DNA of 64,000 nucleotides from a virus, in IMG/VR virus record IMGVR_UViG_3300007734_000758; one strand, given 5' to 3'. The notes beneath the pieces are model-generated. The model ran no database searches, was not told the origin of the DNA, and was given only the letters and a program-made list of their open reading frames with translations. Positions 36,918 to 47,667 of this stretch are shown one piece after another. Positions within the stretch are counted from its first letter, which is position 1, and the number at the start of each line of letters is the position of its first letter. The position numbers and the translations under genes were made by a program.

Positions 36918-39836
36918 TTATCCCGATACATTCCATCCTTTGCCCGTAGCAATAGCAGGATTGTCATTGGCAGTACCCCAGTTACCTGTCACTGTAATAA
37001 TAGGTGATCCCGTAACGGTAGCTAAATTTGTATATATTTCATTTAATTGATCTGGACCTAATGAAAGGTTAGCGTATGAAATCGCAGCTGCAGTTCCCGT
37101 TATACGTGAACGTTTAAGGGAAGATACCGTAAAAAACATATTTGTAAATGTAGTACCCGCAGATACATTCAACGCAGGAATCTCTGATATCGACCGACAG
37201 CCATTAAACATAAGAGAAAAATTCGTACCAGCAGCTGTATTAAATGCCGGTATATACGTCAACGACGAACAACCACTAAACATAGAACTAAACAACGTGC
37301 ATTTCGCGGTATTAAATTTTGGAACATACGCCAATGATGTACAATTAAGAAACATTTGGTCTACGGTCGTAGCATTACCTAAATCTAACATAGGTGTTGT
37401 TTGCAGTGAAGAACACCCACTAAACATCGATGAAAAGTTAGTTCCCTGTGAGGTATTAAATGGTGGAATTGATTGTAATCCACTGCAGGTATTGAACATA
37501 GAACTAAAGTTAGTCCCCGCGGATGTATCAAATAATTCTAATGTTTTCAATGAACTGCACCCACTAAACATTGAAGTAAAGTTAGTAACTTTAGGTGTTC
37601 TTAGTGCCGGAACACGTATCAATGATTGACAATTTATGAATGCTGATGCGAGTGATGTGGCACTGCTAAAATTAAATGCAGGTATTGTCCGCAACGAATG
37701 CATAGTAGAAAACGTCGTAGTAAACGTCGTACCTCGAGAAGTATCAAATTTTGGTAAGGATTTTATCGAAACGGCAGAACTAAACGCATTTGACCAATCA
37801 GTAACTGCAGATGTATCAAATAACGGTATCTGTCTTAAACTATAACAGTTCTGAAACGTATTACTCAAGGATGTAACCCTAAATGAATTAGTGAGTAAAG
37901 GTAGTTTTTCTATAGAATAACATGAACCAAACGCAGATCCCAATGTTGTGCATGATGATAAATCCAGCGTTTCAGGCAAATCGACTAGGGAATAACAATT
38001 GCTGAATGTAGCACTAAACGAAGTAACTAACGATGTGTTACCCACAAATCGAATCGATTTTAGCTGGGTACATGAGCCAAACGCGGAAGCTAACGTAGTA
38101 CACCTACTAACATCGATAGGCGGTAAATCAATTAAAGACCGACAACTACTAAACATGGTGCTACCATCAACCGGTCGTATTTGAGCACGTACACTGCGCA
38201 GATTGAAACAATTACCAAATGCAGCCTGCCAGGTACTTACATTATTAGAATTAAGCAGTGTTACCGTTTCTAAGTCATTACACCCACTAAACATACTCGT
38301 TACGTTAGTAACATTAGTACAATCTAATGCAGGTACGCGTCGTAAGTTAGTACAGTTTTGGAACGTTCCAGAAAACGATGTTGCGGAAGTAGTTGGTAGC
38401 TGTACTACTTCTATTAAATTAGATGCCCCGCGGAATCTACTAACATAAGAACTAACTGCGTTCGTACCTACAAACTCAAAACGCTTTAACATAAATGAAT
38501 TGTATCCGCTGGTAGCGCTATCACAAACACTCAACGTACTAATATTCGAACCGGCCATGCGAATATCAATCCATCCATTAGTTAGTGTGTTTACTAACGG
38601 TAATGAACCGGTCGGTAGGGTCGGCCTTGCGGTATTGAAGGTTACTGATGTAAGATTTACTCCAGATCCAGAAGGTGTAACTGTAATTAGCACTGGTTTA
38701 TATCCTTCCGGCGTGACTGAACTAGATAATGCATTAAAGGATGAAGTGGTGTATTGCCTTTGTGCCACTGCGTTGGATGCGTGATTACTCACAGTACCGT
38801 CGCCCCAATCAACAGTAAATGCTCCTTGTACCTGAATGGTGGCAAAATTCGAATTGTTATTGTATACAGCATACCACCCAACTATCTTTTGATCTCCCGG
38901 ATTGACCGGTGGTAAATCTGGCAATCCTGCTATCGTTACATCCGGTGCAGTAGAATATCTCGTAGATCCAGAATTAATAACACTTATTGAGCCTACCTGA
39001 GTACCCACTAACGAAGCAGTAACCGATGCATCGTAATATAATCCATCAACCGTAATATCTGGAGGTCTCGTGTATCCGCTTCCCGAATTCGTTATTGTTA
39101 TTGAACTTAATCCTGCTGCTATTGAGGCTGATATTATCGATCCGGATCCACCACCTCCCGTTACGGCGATAGTAGGCGCGCTAATATATCCATATCCAGA
39201 TTCAAGTATAGGAATAGCTAGTGCAGTAATTACCGGATTTCCTCCGGTAAATGTGATGGTGGGGTAGTTACTACCACCTCTGTAATTACTACCCGTATTA
39301 TGAATAGTTATTCCGGTAACTTGTCCTCCCGCTATTGATGCAGAACCGATCGCAGTAACGCCGGTAACGCCGTTTGCGGTTATGGGGGCAGAAAAAGACA
39401 CGGAAGGTACAGTCTGATATCCAAATCCTGGATGTGATATATATGTTGACTTAATATAGTAGAGTGGTTCTACAGATATGACCGATTGAGCAGTAATAGA
39501 TGATACATACCCGTTAGCGCCGGTGCCACCACCTCCCGAAAAACTTAAAGTAGGCGCCGTTGTATAACCGCCACCACCTGAATATAAAATTAATGATACT
39601 ACACTACCATTTGACAACGCAGCAGTTGCAAGAGATCCTGAACCGTTTCCTGAAGAGCCGGTAGCTGGTAGATTGGGTGTTACTGGTGCTGGTGTACTTA
39701 CAAAATTATTCGGCTGTGCATATATATCATCTTTATTGTATGCACGTATTAGGCTATGTTGTTGTAATCCTATCACTCCGTTGGTATCATCCCAACGATT
39801 TTTACCTATATATCCATTATTTTGACGTCTTGCCAT
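36918..39836 (-). CDS. Receptor-binding/fibre protein: Gly-rich beta repeats, VDWGDG domain and BspA/DUF285-like LRR array
   Basis: GxGYxxAPT repeats; about 20 repeats of F..C.SL..P.F.TS..T.F..M. Confidence 0.7.
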   Translation of the reverse strand: MARRQNNGYIGKNRWDDTNGVIGLQQHSLIRAYNKDDIYAQPNNFVSTPAPVTPNLPATGSSGNGSGSLATAALSNGSVVSLILYSGGGGYTTAPTLSFSGGGGTGANGYVSSITAQSVISVEPLYYIKSTYISHPGFGYQTVPSVSFSAPITANGVTGVTAIGSASIAGGQVTGITIHNTGSNYRGGSNYPTITFTGGNPVITALAIPILESGYGYISAPTIAVTGGGGSGSIISASIAAGLSSITITNSGSGYTRPPDITVDGLYYDASVTASLVGTQVGSISVINSGSTRYSTAPDVTIAGLPDLPPVNPGDQKIVGWYAVYNNNSNFATIQVQGAFTVDWGDGTVSNHASNAVAQRQYTTSSFNALSSSVTPEGYKPVLITVTPSGSGVNLTSVTFNTARPTLPTGSLPLVNTLTNGWIDIRMAGSNISTLSVCDSATSGYNSFMLKRFEFVGTNAVSSYVSRFRGASNLIEVVQLPTTSATSFSGTFQNCTNLRRVPALDCTNVTNVTSMFSGCNDLETVTLLNSNNVSTWQAAFGNCFNLRSVRAQIRPVDGSTMFSSCRSLIDLPPIDVSRCTTLASAFGSCTQLKSIRFVGNTSLVTSFSATFSNCYSLVDLPETLDLSSCTTLGSAFGSCYSIEKLPLLTNSFRVTSLSNTFQNCYSLRQIPLFDTSAVTDWSNAFSSAVSIKSLPKFDTSRGTTFTTTFSTMHSLRTIPAFNFSSATSLASAFINCQSLIRVPALRTPKVTNFTSMFSGCSSLKTLELFDTSAGTNFSSMFNTCSGLQSIPPFNTSQGTNFSSMFSGCSSLQTTPMLDLGNATTVDQMFLNCTSLAYVPKFNTAKCTLFSSMFSGCSSLTYIPAFNTAAGTNFSLMFNGCRSISEIPALNVSAGTTFTNMFFTVSSLKRSRITGTAAAISYANLSLGPDQLNEIYTNLATVTGSPIITVTGNWGTANDNPAIATGKGWNVSG

Positions 39837-39849
39837 ATAACAAAATTTC

Positions 39850-41646
39850 CTATATTAAGAACCAAGTATAAGCTTCCACTACTGTCGTGTCTGCAGTTGC
39901 AGTTATTCCCGTTAAACCGGAACCATTTCCAAAGAATGAACCGCTAAATGACCCGGAGTATCCTCCCGTAGCACTAATGGATCCGGTCACAATTAAACTA
40001 CCAGATATAATTGCACTTCCGGTGTACGGAAATGCAGTACCAGTACCTCCCGTAGAATTTATAGTAACGGCACCAACGCCACTAACTGGCGATATTGAAA
40101 TATTAGTACCGGGTATTATTTGTGTTACTCCGCCATTCAATGCATATGAGGCCGTGGTTGCAAACGATGCCGATAACACCTGCATACTCGAAGTCTGGGA
40201 CGTTAGAACATATGAAGAGGTGGCAGCATTCAATGCTATAATTGACGATTCAACTGTCGTGATTCTGTTACTGAATCCACCACTCACTGAAGTAAAGGCG
40301 CCGCTAATATCAGTTGCTATCTGGGCTGAACTACTTAATAGGGTTGGTTGATTAGCAATGTTTGAATACAGCACATATGATGCGCTCGTTGCATTAGTAA
40401 CATTATTTACGGTAATCGGAAACGTACTGTTATTTCCTTTCGTAAATGTTATAGTTGCATTTGATACTGATGCGGTAATCAATAAACTTCCAGTGTCTAC
40501 CGTAGCAGTCGATGCATTTAACGCATAACTCGCAGTCAATGCAAATGAACTACTAACTGCATTTAATATATACGAGGCAGTAGTTGCGAATGACGCCGAC
40601 AACACTCGCATACTACCGGTTTGTGATGCTAAAATATATGATGCAGTGGCGGCATTCAATGTTACAATCGACGCTTCAACAGATGTAATCCTAGAACTTA
40701 AACTGCTACTCGTTGCATTTATTGCCCCGCTTATATCAGTTGCTATTTGGGCTGAACTACTGATTAGTGTCGGTTTGTTGCTAACATTTGAATATAAAAT
40801 ATAGGATGCGGTCGTTGCCAGTGAAGCTGATAATACGGACATGCTCGATGTCTGTGATGCTAAAATATATGATGCCGTGGCAGCAGTTATCGATACTAAC
40901 GATCCTTCTGTCACGGTTATACGTGAACTTAAACTACCGCTAACACTAGAAAATGCACCAGTTATATCGGTTGCAATCTGCGCAGAACTGCTTAGTAGGG
41001 TAGGTCGATTGGCAATATTCGCATATTGTATATATGAAGCTGATACTGCATTACTTGACCAACTCGATGTTCCCTGCAGACTTCCGGTAAACCCGTTAGT
41101 ACCAACAACACTACCACTAAATATAGCAAGACCAATATTAGTAAATGTATTAGAACTGCTTACAATCAGCGAACCCGTAATTATTACGGTTTGATTTAAT
41201 GGGTTGACATATGAAGCAGTCAATGCAGACGATGCGGCATCGGCATTGGTTGAATAAGATGCGCTTACCGCATTCAATACATAACTAGCAGTCTGTGCTA
41301 AAGTTATATAAGAAGCGGTCACTGAATAATTCGACCAACTGCTAGTCCCAAATAAACTACTAGTAACACCGCCGGTGACATTTAATGTCCCGGATATTAT
41401 TTGGTTACCGATAAAAGTATTAGATCCAGTAATTGCAAACGACCCGGTATCAACACTAACACCATCCTGTCCACGTTCCCCACGCGGACCCTGCGGACCA
41501 ATAGTAGAAACAGTAACTACGGATACTTCCGGCTGCACTACTGTAACATCACGTTGTTCGGGAGTTCCAGTAATAATAACCTGACGGTCTGTATTCTGTA
41601 ACTGTACCGTATTGGAAGTTTGGTTTACGTTAACGTAATTAGACAT
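39850..41646 (-). CDS. Ser/Thr/Ala-rich tail fibre shaft protein
   Basis: Short collagen-like GPQGPRGERG, many xASY / ITGS motifs, three 77-aa repeats. Confidence 0.7.
   Translation of the reverse strand: MSNYVNVNQTSNTVQLQNTDRQVIITGTPEQRDVTVVQPEVSVVTVSTIGPQGPRGERGQDGVSVDTGSFAITGSNTFIGNQIISGTLNVTGGVTSSLFGTSSWSNYSVTASYITLAQTASYVLNAVSASYSTNADAASSALTASYVNPLNQTVIITGSLIVSSSNTFTNIGLAIFSGSVVGTNGFTGSLQGTSSWSSNAVSASYIQYANIANRPTLLSSSAQIATDITGAFSSVSGSLSSRITVTEGSLVSITAATASYILASQTSSMSVLSASLATTASYILYSNVSNKPTLISSSAQIATDISGAINATSSSLSSRITSVEASIVTLNAATASYILASQTGSMRVLSASFATTASYILNAVSSSFALTASYALNASTATVDTGSLLITASVSNATITFTKGNNSTFPITVNNVTNATSASYVLYSNIANQPTLLSSSAQIATDISGAFTSVSGGFSNRITTVESSIIALNAATSSYVLTSQTSSMQVLSASFATTASYALNGGVTQIIPGTNISISPVSGVGAVTINSTGGTGTAFPYTGSAIISGSLIVTGSISATGGYSGSFSGSFFGNGSGLTGITATADTTVVEAYTWFLI
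40147..41034 (-). repeat. Three 231-bp (77-aa) intragenic repeats
   Basis: Copies at 40804-41034, 40573-40803 and 40147-40377: Y..Y.N..N.PTL.SSSAQIATDI.GA...RIT..E...AAT.SY.L.SQT.SM.VLSAS.ATTAS. Confidence 0.85.
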
Positions 41647-41647
41647 T

Positions 41648-42028
41648 TTATCTAGTTACCTCTTTGCTGAGTTTTACTTTTCCCTCAATTAACCTGGTTA
41701 CTGTACTACCCGAAACTAACTCTAAATCATATACACCTTCATTGAATGTAAACAGTGATGAAGTGGTGGCAGAAATATATACTCCAATTGAACCGGATGA
41801 TAATGGTTTAGTTCCAGAAGAACCACTCAAGTTTAATCCGGTCCCATCTGCAGTTAAGGTTGAAGTCAATGATGCAATTGTTGTAGTAGAATCTACACTA
41901 GAACGGATCTGCATCCTCGCAGTATATCCAGTCAAATCAATTGGAGTACCTGCAGAATCTTTATACTGCAACTCAAAACTTAAAGTCGCACCCTGCTCAA
42001 TTAAAAAAGAGTATTTTCCCGCTGCCAT
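41648..42028 (-). CDS. Small Ig-like tail-fibre attachment protein
   Basis: IEQGAT...IDLTGYTARMQIR...GVYDLEL...RLIEG pattern. Confidence 0.65.
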   Translation of the reverse strand: MAAGKYSFLIEQGATLSFELQYKDSAGTPIDLTGYTARMQIRSSVDSTTTIASLTSTLTADGTGLNLSGSSGTKPLSSGSIGVYISATTSSLFTFNEGVYDLELVSGSTVTRLIEGKVKLSKEVTR

Positions 42029-42047
42029 TTACTATAAATATTTGTAA

Positions 42048-42707
42048 TTAATATTTATTGCTCAACAGCCTGAATATATCATCCAATGCAGGATGCCTGT
42101 GATTGTCTTTTAGAATGATTTCCGAACAATACTCGCTACTTCGCAATTTCGGTATTTCGTGAATTGCAGAATCATTATCGTATTTCAAATCAATCTGTTC
42201 TAGGTCACCGCAGAAAATCATCATACTTCCTTTACCTAACCTCGATACTGCCATTGCGAATTGTTGCTTTGTTAAGTTCTGAAACTCATCAATAATACAA
42301 ACAGCATTCTCGAAAGTACGACCTCGGAAGTGTGTAAGTGAAACCAGCTCGATTGATTGTTCCGTTTCCATCTTTTCCAATATTGGAGGCACATTATATA
42401 CCTTACGCATATTGTCTCGTATCGGAACTAGCCATGGTTCCATTTTCTCTTTCTCAGTACCTGGCAAAAATCCGTTATCTTCGGTAGCAACAGTTGGTCT
42501 AGTAATTACAATTTTATTGATTTCCCGTTTAAAGAAAAGATCCAATGCGATGGCACACGCTAAAAGCGTCTTACCACTACCTGCCTTCCCCAATACGAAG
42601 CTGATAGGATGCCTTAATATAATTTCCTTCGCAACTTTTTGCTCTTCGCTCAAGGTAACTGAGAGCTTCACAGGACCCTTAGGGATCCGTTTCTCCTTAT
42701 TCTCCAT
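42048..42707 (-). CDS. phoH: PhoH-family ATPase
   Basis: GKAGSGKT, ITRP, GFLPG, EKMEPW, FRGRTF, IIDEFQN, SRLG, GD..QID. Confidence 0.93.
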   Translation of the reverse strand: MENKEKRIPKGPVKLSVTLSEEQKVAKEIILRHPISFVLGKAGSGKTLLACAIALDLFFKREINKIVITRPTVATEDNGFLPGTEKEKMEPWLVPIRDNMRKVYNVPPILEKMETEQSIELVSLTHFRGRTFENAVCIIDEFQNLTKQQFAMAVSRLGKGSMMIFCGDLEQIDLKYDNDSAIHEIPKLRSSEYCSEIILKDNHRHPALDDIFRLLSNKY

Positions 42708-42766
42708 ACATCAATAAATATCTAATAATACGGAGTTTTCTTGATATACTTGAAGTATAGGGTATG

Positions 42767-42796
42767 AAAAAAGGGAGTATTTCTACTCCCCTTTTT
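42767..42796 (-). terminator. Rho-independent terminator after the tail sheath gene
   Basis: GGGAGTA-GAAA-TACTCCC-TTTTTT. Confidence 0.88.
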
Positions 42797-42812
42797 ATGT
42801 TTCTATAGGTAA

Positions 42813-44609
42813 TTATTCGCCTGGGAAGGTTGCACCAGTCGGTTGAACTATGAAGTCCACAATGATGAATTCAGCGGTCTTGGCAGGCTGTAAATAAATC
42901 GCTCCACGCAATTCATTACGGTCAACTACATCCGGAGTATTATTGGTTTCATCCATAATAACTTTGAATGCATATAAACCCTGACGCTGCTGAACGCTCT
43001 CGAAATAAGGATTCACAATAGAAAGGAACCTATTACGAGTTGCAGCAGTATTGTTCTCGAATACCAGGAAGCGACTTGTACTTGCAACAAATTTCTTAGC
43101 CGCAATCAGCAACCTACGAACATTAATCCTGTCTAATGCAGATGATTTCTTCTGCAAGGTCTTCTGACCATACACTACAACACCTGAACCAGGGAAAGTA
43201 GCAATTGGATTCACATTTGCATCATATAATGTGTCACGGTTGTTTTGAGTCAATTTCCTCTCGGCCTGGATGGCGATATCAATACCGCCACGATTTAAAC
43301 CTGCAGGAGCAAACCATTCAGCGGACACTCGGTCATTGAATGCATAGATACCAGGAATCAGAGTTGAAGCCGGCACCCAAACGTTCCTTCCTAAATCAGG
43401 ATCAGGTATTTGGATCCATGGCCAATACATAGCAGCATAGCTAGTATCACGGTCATCTGCTTCTTGTGTTGCTGAGGTAATCGTGCTTCCGTATTGAACC
43501 GGATCAATTACATAAAATGCATCACCGCGGTTTTGAACCATATTCAATGCTGTGGTAATTTGTGTTGCATGTGCAGTGATATCATCTAATAAACCCGGAG
43601 TAACTAACAGGTTAATATCATATTCATCCTGGTTAGCTAACAGGTTAACTGCGTCTGCATATACGGTAGCAGCAACACCCTGAGTGTTTGTACTGTCTAT
43701 CGTTTCAAAATATTTAGCCGGATGGCTCAATGCACCATCAGCACCAAACGCAAACGTTCCAGAAACTGCTGCAGGTAATGAAGCTAAATAGGTAGCATCA
43801 GATACATTACCGTTATTATCTAAGAAGTTATACGTGGTTTTATTTACTGCAACGCGAACATATGCACTCTTATTGGGATATGAACCACTTAATTGCAGAT
43901 AAGGTTGATCTGTTCCTACATCTGCTAAAGTGTATACTTGGTCACCAATTCTACGTGCAATGTATGAGGGTGAATTAGGATCTAATGAAAGATTTGACCA
44001 CGTTTCTAAAATAGTTTTGCTAGTATTAGTATCATCTCCACGACGAATAACTAAGGTAAATGTACCTTTAGCTTCATTCACATTGGAAATTTCCCAACGT
44101 AAATTATCGGTAGAACCTGAAACTAAAATACCATTGGTACTTTGATCGGCACCTGAACCGGTACCACGCGTGGATGCACCCTGTTGTCCAGAATTTAAAA
44201 TAGTGCCATCTGCTAGGGTATACAATGTAAACGAAGCACCATCTGAAGCTGAACCATATGTTGCCGGATTTGTAACAGATCCGGATGAAGCAACATTACT
44301 ATATGCTTTTGCATATCCTGCTCCCATTACGCGCACTACCGTTACACTAGTAGCATTCTTTAAATACTGTTCAACTGCATAACTAGTAAGGTACTTGTAT
44401 GAACGCTTAGTAGCGCCAGAACCACTAGTAAACACATTACCGAATTTCTGTATATATTCGGAATAAGAACCTACAACTGTAGGTACAAATGCAGGACCTT
44501 TTACGGTAGGGCCGATGATTGCGGCACCGATATTAGCAACACCTGCAGGTAAAAACGACTGGTCGATCTCATTGGTAAACACACCAGGCGATACAATTTT
44601 TTCTGCCAT
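42813..44609 (-). CDS. Tail sheath protein (T4 gp18-like)
   Basis: SPGVFTNEIDQS, YAAMYWPW, WFAPAGLNRG, GQKTL, LDRINVRRL, FENN, LQPAKTAEFI. Confidence 0.95.
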   Translation of the reverse strand: MAEKIVSPGVFTNEIDQSFLPAGVANIGAAIIGPTVKGPAFVPTVVGSYSEYIQKFGNVFTSGSGATKRSYKYLTSYAVEQYLKNATSVTVVRVMGAGYAKAYSNVASSGSVTNPATYGSASDGASFTLYTLADGTILNSGQQGASTRGTGSGADQSTNGILVSGSTDNLRWEISNVNEAKGTFTLVIRRGDDTNTSKTILETWSNLSLDPNSPSYIARRIGDQVYTLADVGTDQPYLQLSGSYPNKSAYVRVAVNKTTYNFLDNNGNVSDATYLASLPAAVSGTFAFGADGALSHPAKYFETIDSTNTQGVAATVYADAVNLLANQDEYDINLLVTPGLLDDITAHATQITTALNMVQNRGDAFYVIDPVQYGSTITSATQEADDRDTSYAAMYWPWIQIPDPDLGRNVWVPASTLIPGIYAFNDRVSAEWFAPAGLNRGGIDIAIQAERKLTQNNRDTLYDANVNPIATFPGSGVVVYGQKTLQKKSSALDRINVRRLLIAAKKFVASTSRFLVFENNTAATRNRFLSIVNPYFESVQQRQGLYAFKVIMDETNNTPDVVDRNELRGAIYLQPAKTAEFIIVDFIVQPTGATFPGE

Positions 44610-44658
44610 TACGATTTATCCTTTTTTTTCTTATAAATATGTAGGATAATCACCAAAA

Positions 44659-44934
44659 TTATTTAGTTGGTGTAACTGTTCCAGAACCAATATCAATTGA
44701 AACTGGGCCGTACTTTTCGAATAATTCGGTATTGTATTTAGTTTCATTATCTAAGATTGCATCATATCTCGCATCTAATTTTGCAATCTCATCCATAACT
44801 AAACGTAAACGTTTTTCTAAATCAATCCTTTGAATTTGAAGTTGACCGGCAGTGAATACTAATTCATCACTCTGTCTGCGCAAATCTTCCAAGCGCTGTA
44901 ATTCTTCTGTAGTTAATTTTACTGGTTCTGACAT
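44659..44934 (-). CDS. Small coiled-coil protein
   Basis: 91 aa, heptad pattern, ends KYG..SIDI.SG; AAAGGA upstream. Confidence 0.65.
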   Translation of the reverse strand: MSEPVKLTTEELQRLEDLRRQSDELVFTAGQLQIQRIDLEKRLRLVMDEIAKLDARYDAILDNETKYNTELFEKYGPVSIDIGSGTVTPTK

Positions 44935-44953
44935 AACATCCTTTTATTTGTTT

Positions 44954-44985
44954 GTAATATAACAAATTTTGATCTATTGATCAAA
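44954..44985 (-). promoter_or_regulatory. Bacteroidota sigma70-like promoter
   Basis: TTTG-N20-TATATTAC. Confidence 0.55.
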
Positions 44986-45858
44986 TCTTCTGTGAATTTT
45001 TTTAAAGTTATCTCCGGTATTATTCGGATAACCTCCCGGGGGCGGATAATCTACTTGAGAGTTATCTGTCTCGAATTCATTTCCAAACACTACTCGTTTA
45101 ACAGAGAATGATTTTTGTAAGTTAGAAACTCTATACTCGTATGGTATTAATATCTGTCCCTTAACTTCCAACGCGGAGGTAGCGCGCACTATCCTATCTT
45201 CAGCGGCCGTATTCGTCACTTCATAGGAGAAATCTCGTATATGAGTAATAAATTTCCAAGTATCGCCCCAAGCATATCCACCTGCAGGTATTAGCATCTC
45301 TACAATATTATTCAATTGTTCGGTGTATTCTGCCCATATGTATATCTCGTATGATACTAATACATATTCAGGAATTGCTAATGTATAGAATTCTTTCGTG
45401 GGTTTTACATTATTTAATATTGAGAAACGATCGTATGTATTATTCTTAGTGTATTTAGACTGTAAGAACATTACATTCATGTTTTGTTCTTTTCGGAACT
45501 GAGGAAGGTTAACATCTAATTTACGCAAGTCATCGCGTTCAGCCATACCCGTTCTACGTATAGTAATAAGTGGAGTAATCTGCTTTCCCTCCTTATCACG
45601 CAAGTATCCATGTTTTTGTACTTGAGCCCAGGTTTCTCCGTTACTGAATATTACCGGAACCTCAACAATATTTCCGTTATCAACTATATAGGGACGGATA
45701 CGTTCACGGATAAACCAATAGATTGCATAATCTATATCATACAATCCAACTTTAGGCGTTTTTATAGTATCCGTATCTCTACGTATCTCAGTAGCCCTAC
45801 TAATCTTAGGATCTAAGGATGTACTTGAAAGGGTTCTATTTAATAACGGTTTTGACAT
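44974..45858 (-). CDS. Tail terminator / sheath stabiliser (T4 gp15-like)
   Basis: VPVIF...E.W, PLITIRR, P.YV.VSYE..IW..Y.EQ.N.I.E; lies after the neck genes. Confidence 0.6.
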   Translation of the reverse strand: MSKPLLNRTLSSTSLDPKISRATEIRRDTDTIKTPKVGLYDIDYAIYWFIRERIRPYIVDNGNIVEVPVIFSNGETWAQVQKHGYLRDKEGKQITPLITIRRTGMAERDDLRKLDVNLPQFRKEQNMNVMFLQSKYTKNNTYDRFSILNNVKPTKEFYTLAIPEYVLVSYEIYIWAEYTEQLNNIVEMLIPAGGYAWGDTWKFITHIRDFSYEVTNTAAEDRIVRATSALEVKGQILIPYEYRVSNLQKSFSVKRVVFGNEFETDNSQVDYPPPGGYPNNTGDNFKKIHRRFDQ

Positions 45859-46394
45859 TATAAGTTTTTAGGAACATACCTGTTAATATTATTCCCGGTT
45901 CTAAATTCTTGTATATTGAGTTTACTTAATCGTGTCTTATGTGCCTGAACCAGAACTGATGTATTATAACCAAATTCAGGCGTTTCTGCATAAATAGTAC
46001 CTAAATGTGTATCTGGATTCTTTCCGGCCCAATATTGGTTATTCTCAACCTGATCGATTTCAAAGTATTCCATGTTCCAACGAATTATATCTCCCGGGGA
46101 CATGTATACATTAATTTCAACCAATGAATCACGTAAAAATGAGAACAATGCAGTCCTGTTATAATCCACACCCAAATCATCAGCACTCGTTACCTTCTCA
46201 TCTCTCTGTACTAAACAGGATAGCCGTACAGGTCTAAAAAATACTTTCTCAGAACTTTCCCCGTATAAATTTTCATTGGTATTTTCTAAGGACAGTTTAA
46301 AGTATTCAACCTCAGTATCTACATACCGGTTGATCAACTCCTTTGAGAGACTTCTAATTAAACTCGCATCGCGGCCCGATCCAAATAATGCCAT
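45858..46394 (-). CDS. Neck / head-tail connector (T4 gp14-like)
   Basis: NLYGE, PGDII.W..EYFEI; synteny. Confidence 0.6.
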   Translation of the reverse strand: MALFGSGRDASLIRSLSKELINRYVDTEVEYFKLSLENTNENLYGESSEKVFFRPVRLSCLVQRDEKVTSADDLGVDYNRTALFSFLRDSLVEINVYMSPGDIIRWNMEYFEIDQVENNQYWAGKNPDTHLGTIYAETPEFGYNTSVLVQAHKTRLSKLNIQEFRTGNNINRYVPKNL

Positions 46395-46397
46395 ATA

Positions 46398-47555
46398 TTA
46401 TCCTGTATAGATGAATAGCGGCATCTTCACCATTTGATTTTGTAATGCTTCCGCTTCTGCCTGTTTCCTTTCTAACTGTGCCTGCTTTGACATTGAATCT
46501 AACGTTTCACGCAATTCAGTAATCAATGCTTCCTTTTCAGTAGCGCCTTGAGATACTAAATCAGCACCGTTCAAAGTTATTTCTGAATTAGGAATTGGTA
46601 ACGATGAATACTTGCCGCGAATCAAACCTAACACTTCTTTGCAGAGTGCCAATGTATATTTACGTATCCATTGTTTACCGATATCATTTATCAATGTATA
46701 CTTTAAGTTGCCGTACGGGATATTACTTGCATCTGATACTAATCCAGGTCCTCTACGAAGTACATTTCGTTTTTCTGATTTCAGATAATAGTTGAAATAT
46801 ACAGTGAAGTCATATGTAGGAACCGGGAATATCCTAAATCTAGTATTCGATAATTGGAATCCATAAGCACTCTTACGGATCATATCATTAAACTCAATAC
46901 CTTGCAGTCGAAGTACGTCAGCATATAACGGCATCAAGAGATAAGATACACCGGGAGAATAATTACCCCAACCAAAGGTATCTAATAACTGCTGTGAACC
47001 TAAACCGGTACCTACGAATGGATCGAAATACTTAACAATCGCAGGAGGATTTTGGTGGAATATCTCACGAATTTCAAATACGTCTGCAGCTACTGAGCCG
47101 GTTTCTAAAGTTACAATTGAACTATCAGTTAAATCATATACCTGTTTTCCTTCAGTAATTGTAATCGATCCGGTATATAACGTTAATGTACCCTCAGCTT
47201 CGGCTTCAGTGCCATATGTAGATGCTATATGAAATATACCTTCGAATGAATTATCTAATAACCTACCGGTAAAGGATGAACCGGTACTCAATCCTAATAC
47301 ATTAATTAAATTATCACGTGCATTAAATGTATTAATCTGATTTCCGTACTCGGTGATTGCTTCCTCAAAGCAGGTATAGATATTATCTGCCTGTAATTCG
47401 ACATCATTAATAGGATAACCAAGCCTAGTAGCTACGAAATCTACTACCTTATCGGCATCCTCTTGGAATTTGATTTCATAATCATAAAATCCAAAGGGAG
47501 TATCCCCCGGAAAGAATGATGATGAGCCTGGATATATTGGGACGTATACTGACAT
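46398..47555 (-). CDS. Neck / head completion protein (T4 gp13-like)
   Basis: RLGYP..DVEL, WIRKYTLAL.KE.LG.IRGKY..P....LNG. Confidence 0.8.
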   Translation of the reverse strand: MSVYVPIYPGSSSFFPGDTPFGFYDYEIKFQEDADKVVDFVATRLGYPINDVELQADNIYTCFEEAITEYGNQINTFNARDNLINVLGLSTGSSFTGRLLDNSFEGIFHIASTYGTEAEAEGTLTLYTGSITITEGKQVYDLTDSSIVTLETGSVAADVFEIREIFHQNPPAIVKYFDPFVGTGLGSQQLLDTFGWGNYSPGVSYLLMPLYADVLRLQGIEFNDMIRKSAYGFQLSNTRFRIFPVPTYDFTVYFNYYLKSEKRNVLRRGPGLVSDASNIPYGNLKYTLINDIGKQWIRKYTLALCKEVLGLIRGKYSSLPIPNSEITLNGADLVSQGATEKEALITELRETLDSMSKQAQLERKQAEAEALQNQMVKMPLFIYTG

Positions 47556-47604
47556 ACTATTTTATATAAATATCGGTATATGCAGTATTATCAACAATAT
47601 CCAA

Positions 47605-47667
47605 TTAAACCTCTTCACTCGGTGGAGGTAGTAATTCACCTGGGTATATCGCTACTATTCGAGGCAT
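47605..47667 (-). pseudogene. 20-codon remnant duplicating the first 10 codons of the 34535..36328 gene
   Basis: MPRIVAIYPG-ELLPPPSEEV-stop; 47638-47680 is 41/43 identical to 36299-36341. Confidence 0.7.

Noticed and set aside
36918-41646. Diversity-generating retroelement or CRISPR array in the repeat-rich fibre region
   Set aside because: No reverse transcriptase, no adenine-specific TR/VR pair and no repeat-spacer structure were seen; the repeats are in-frame protein repeats.
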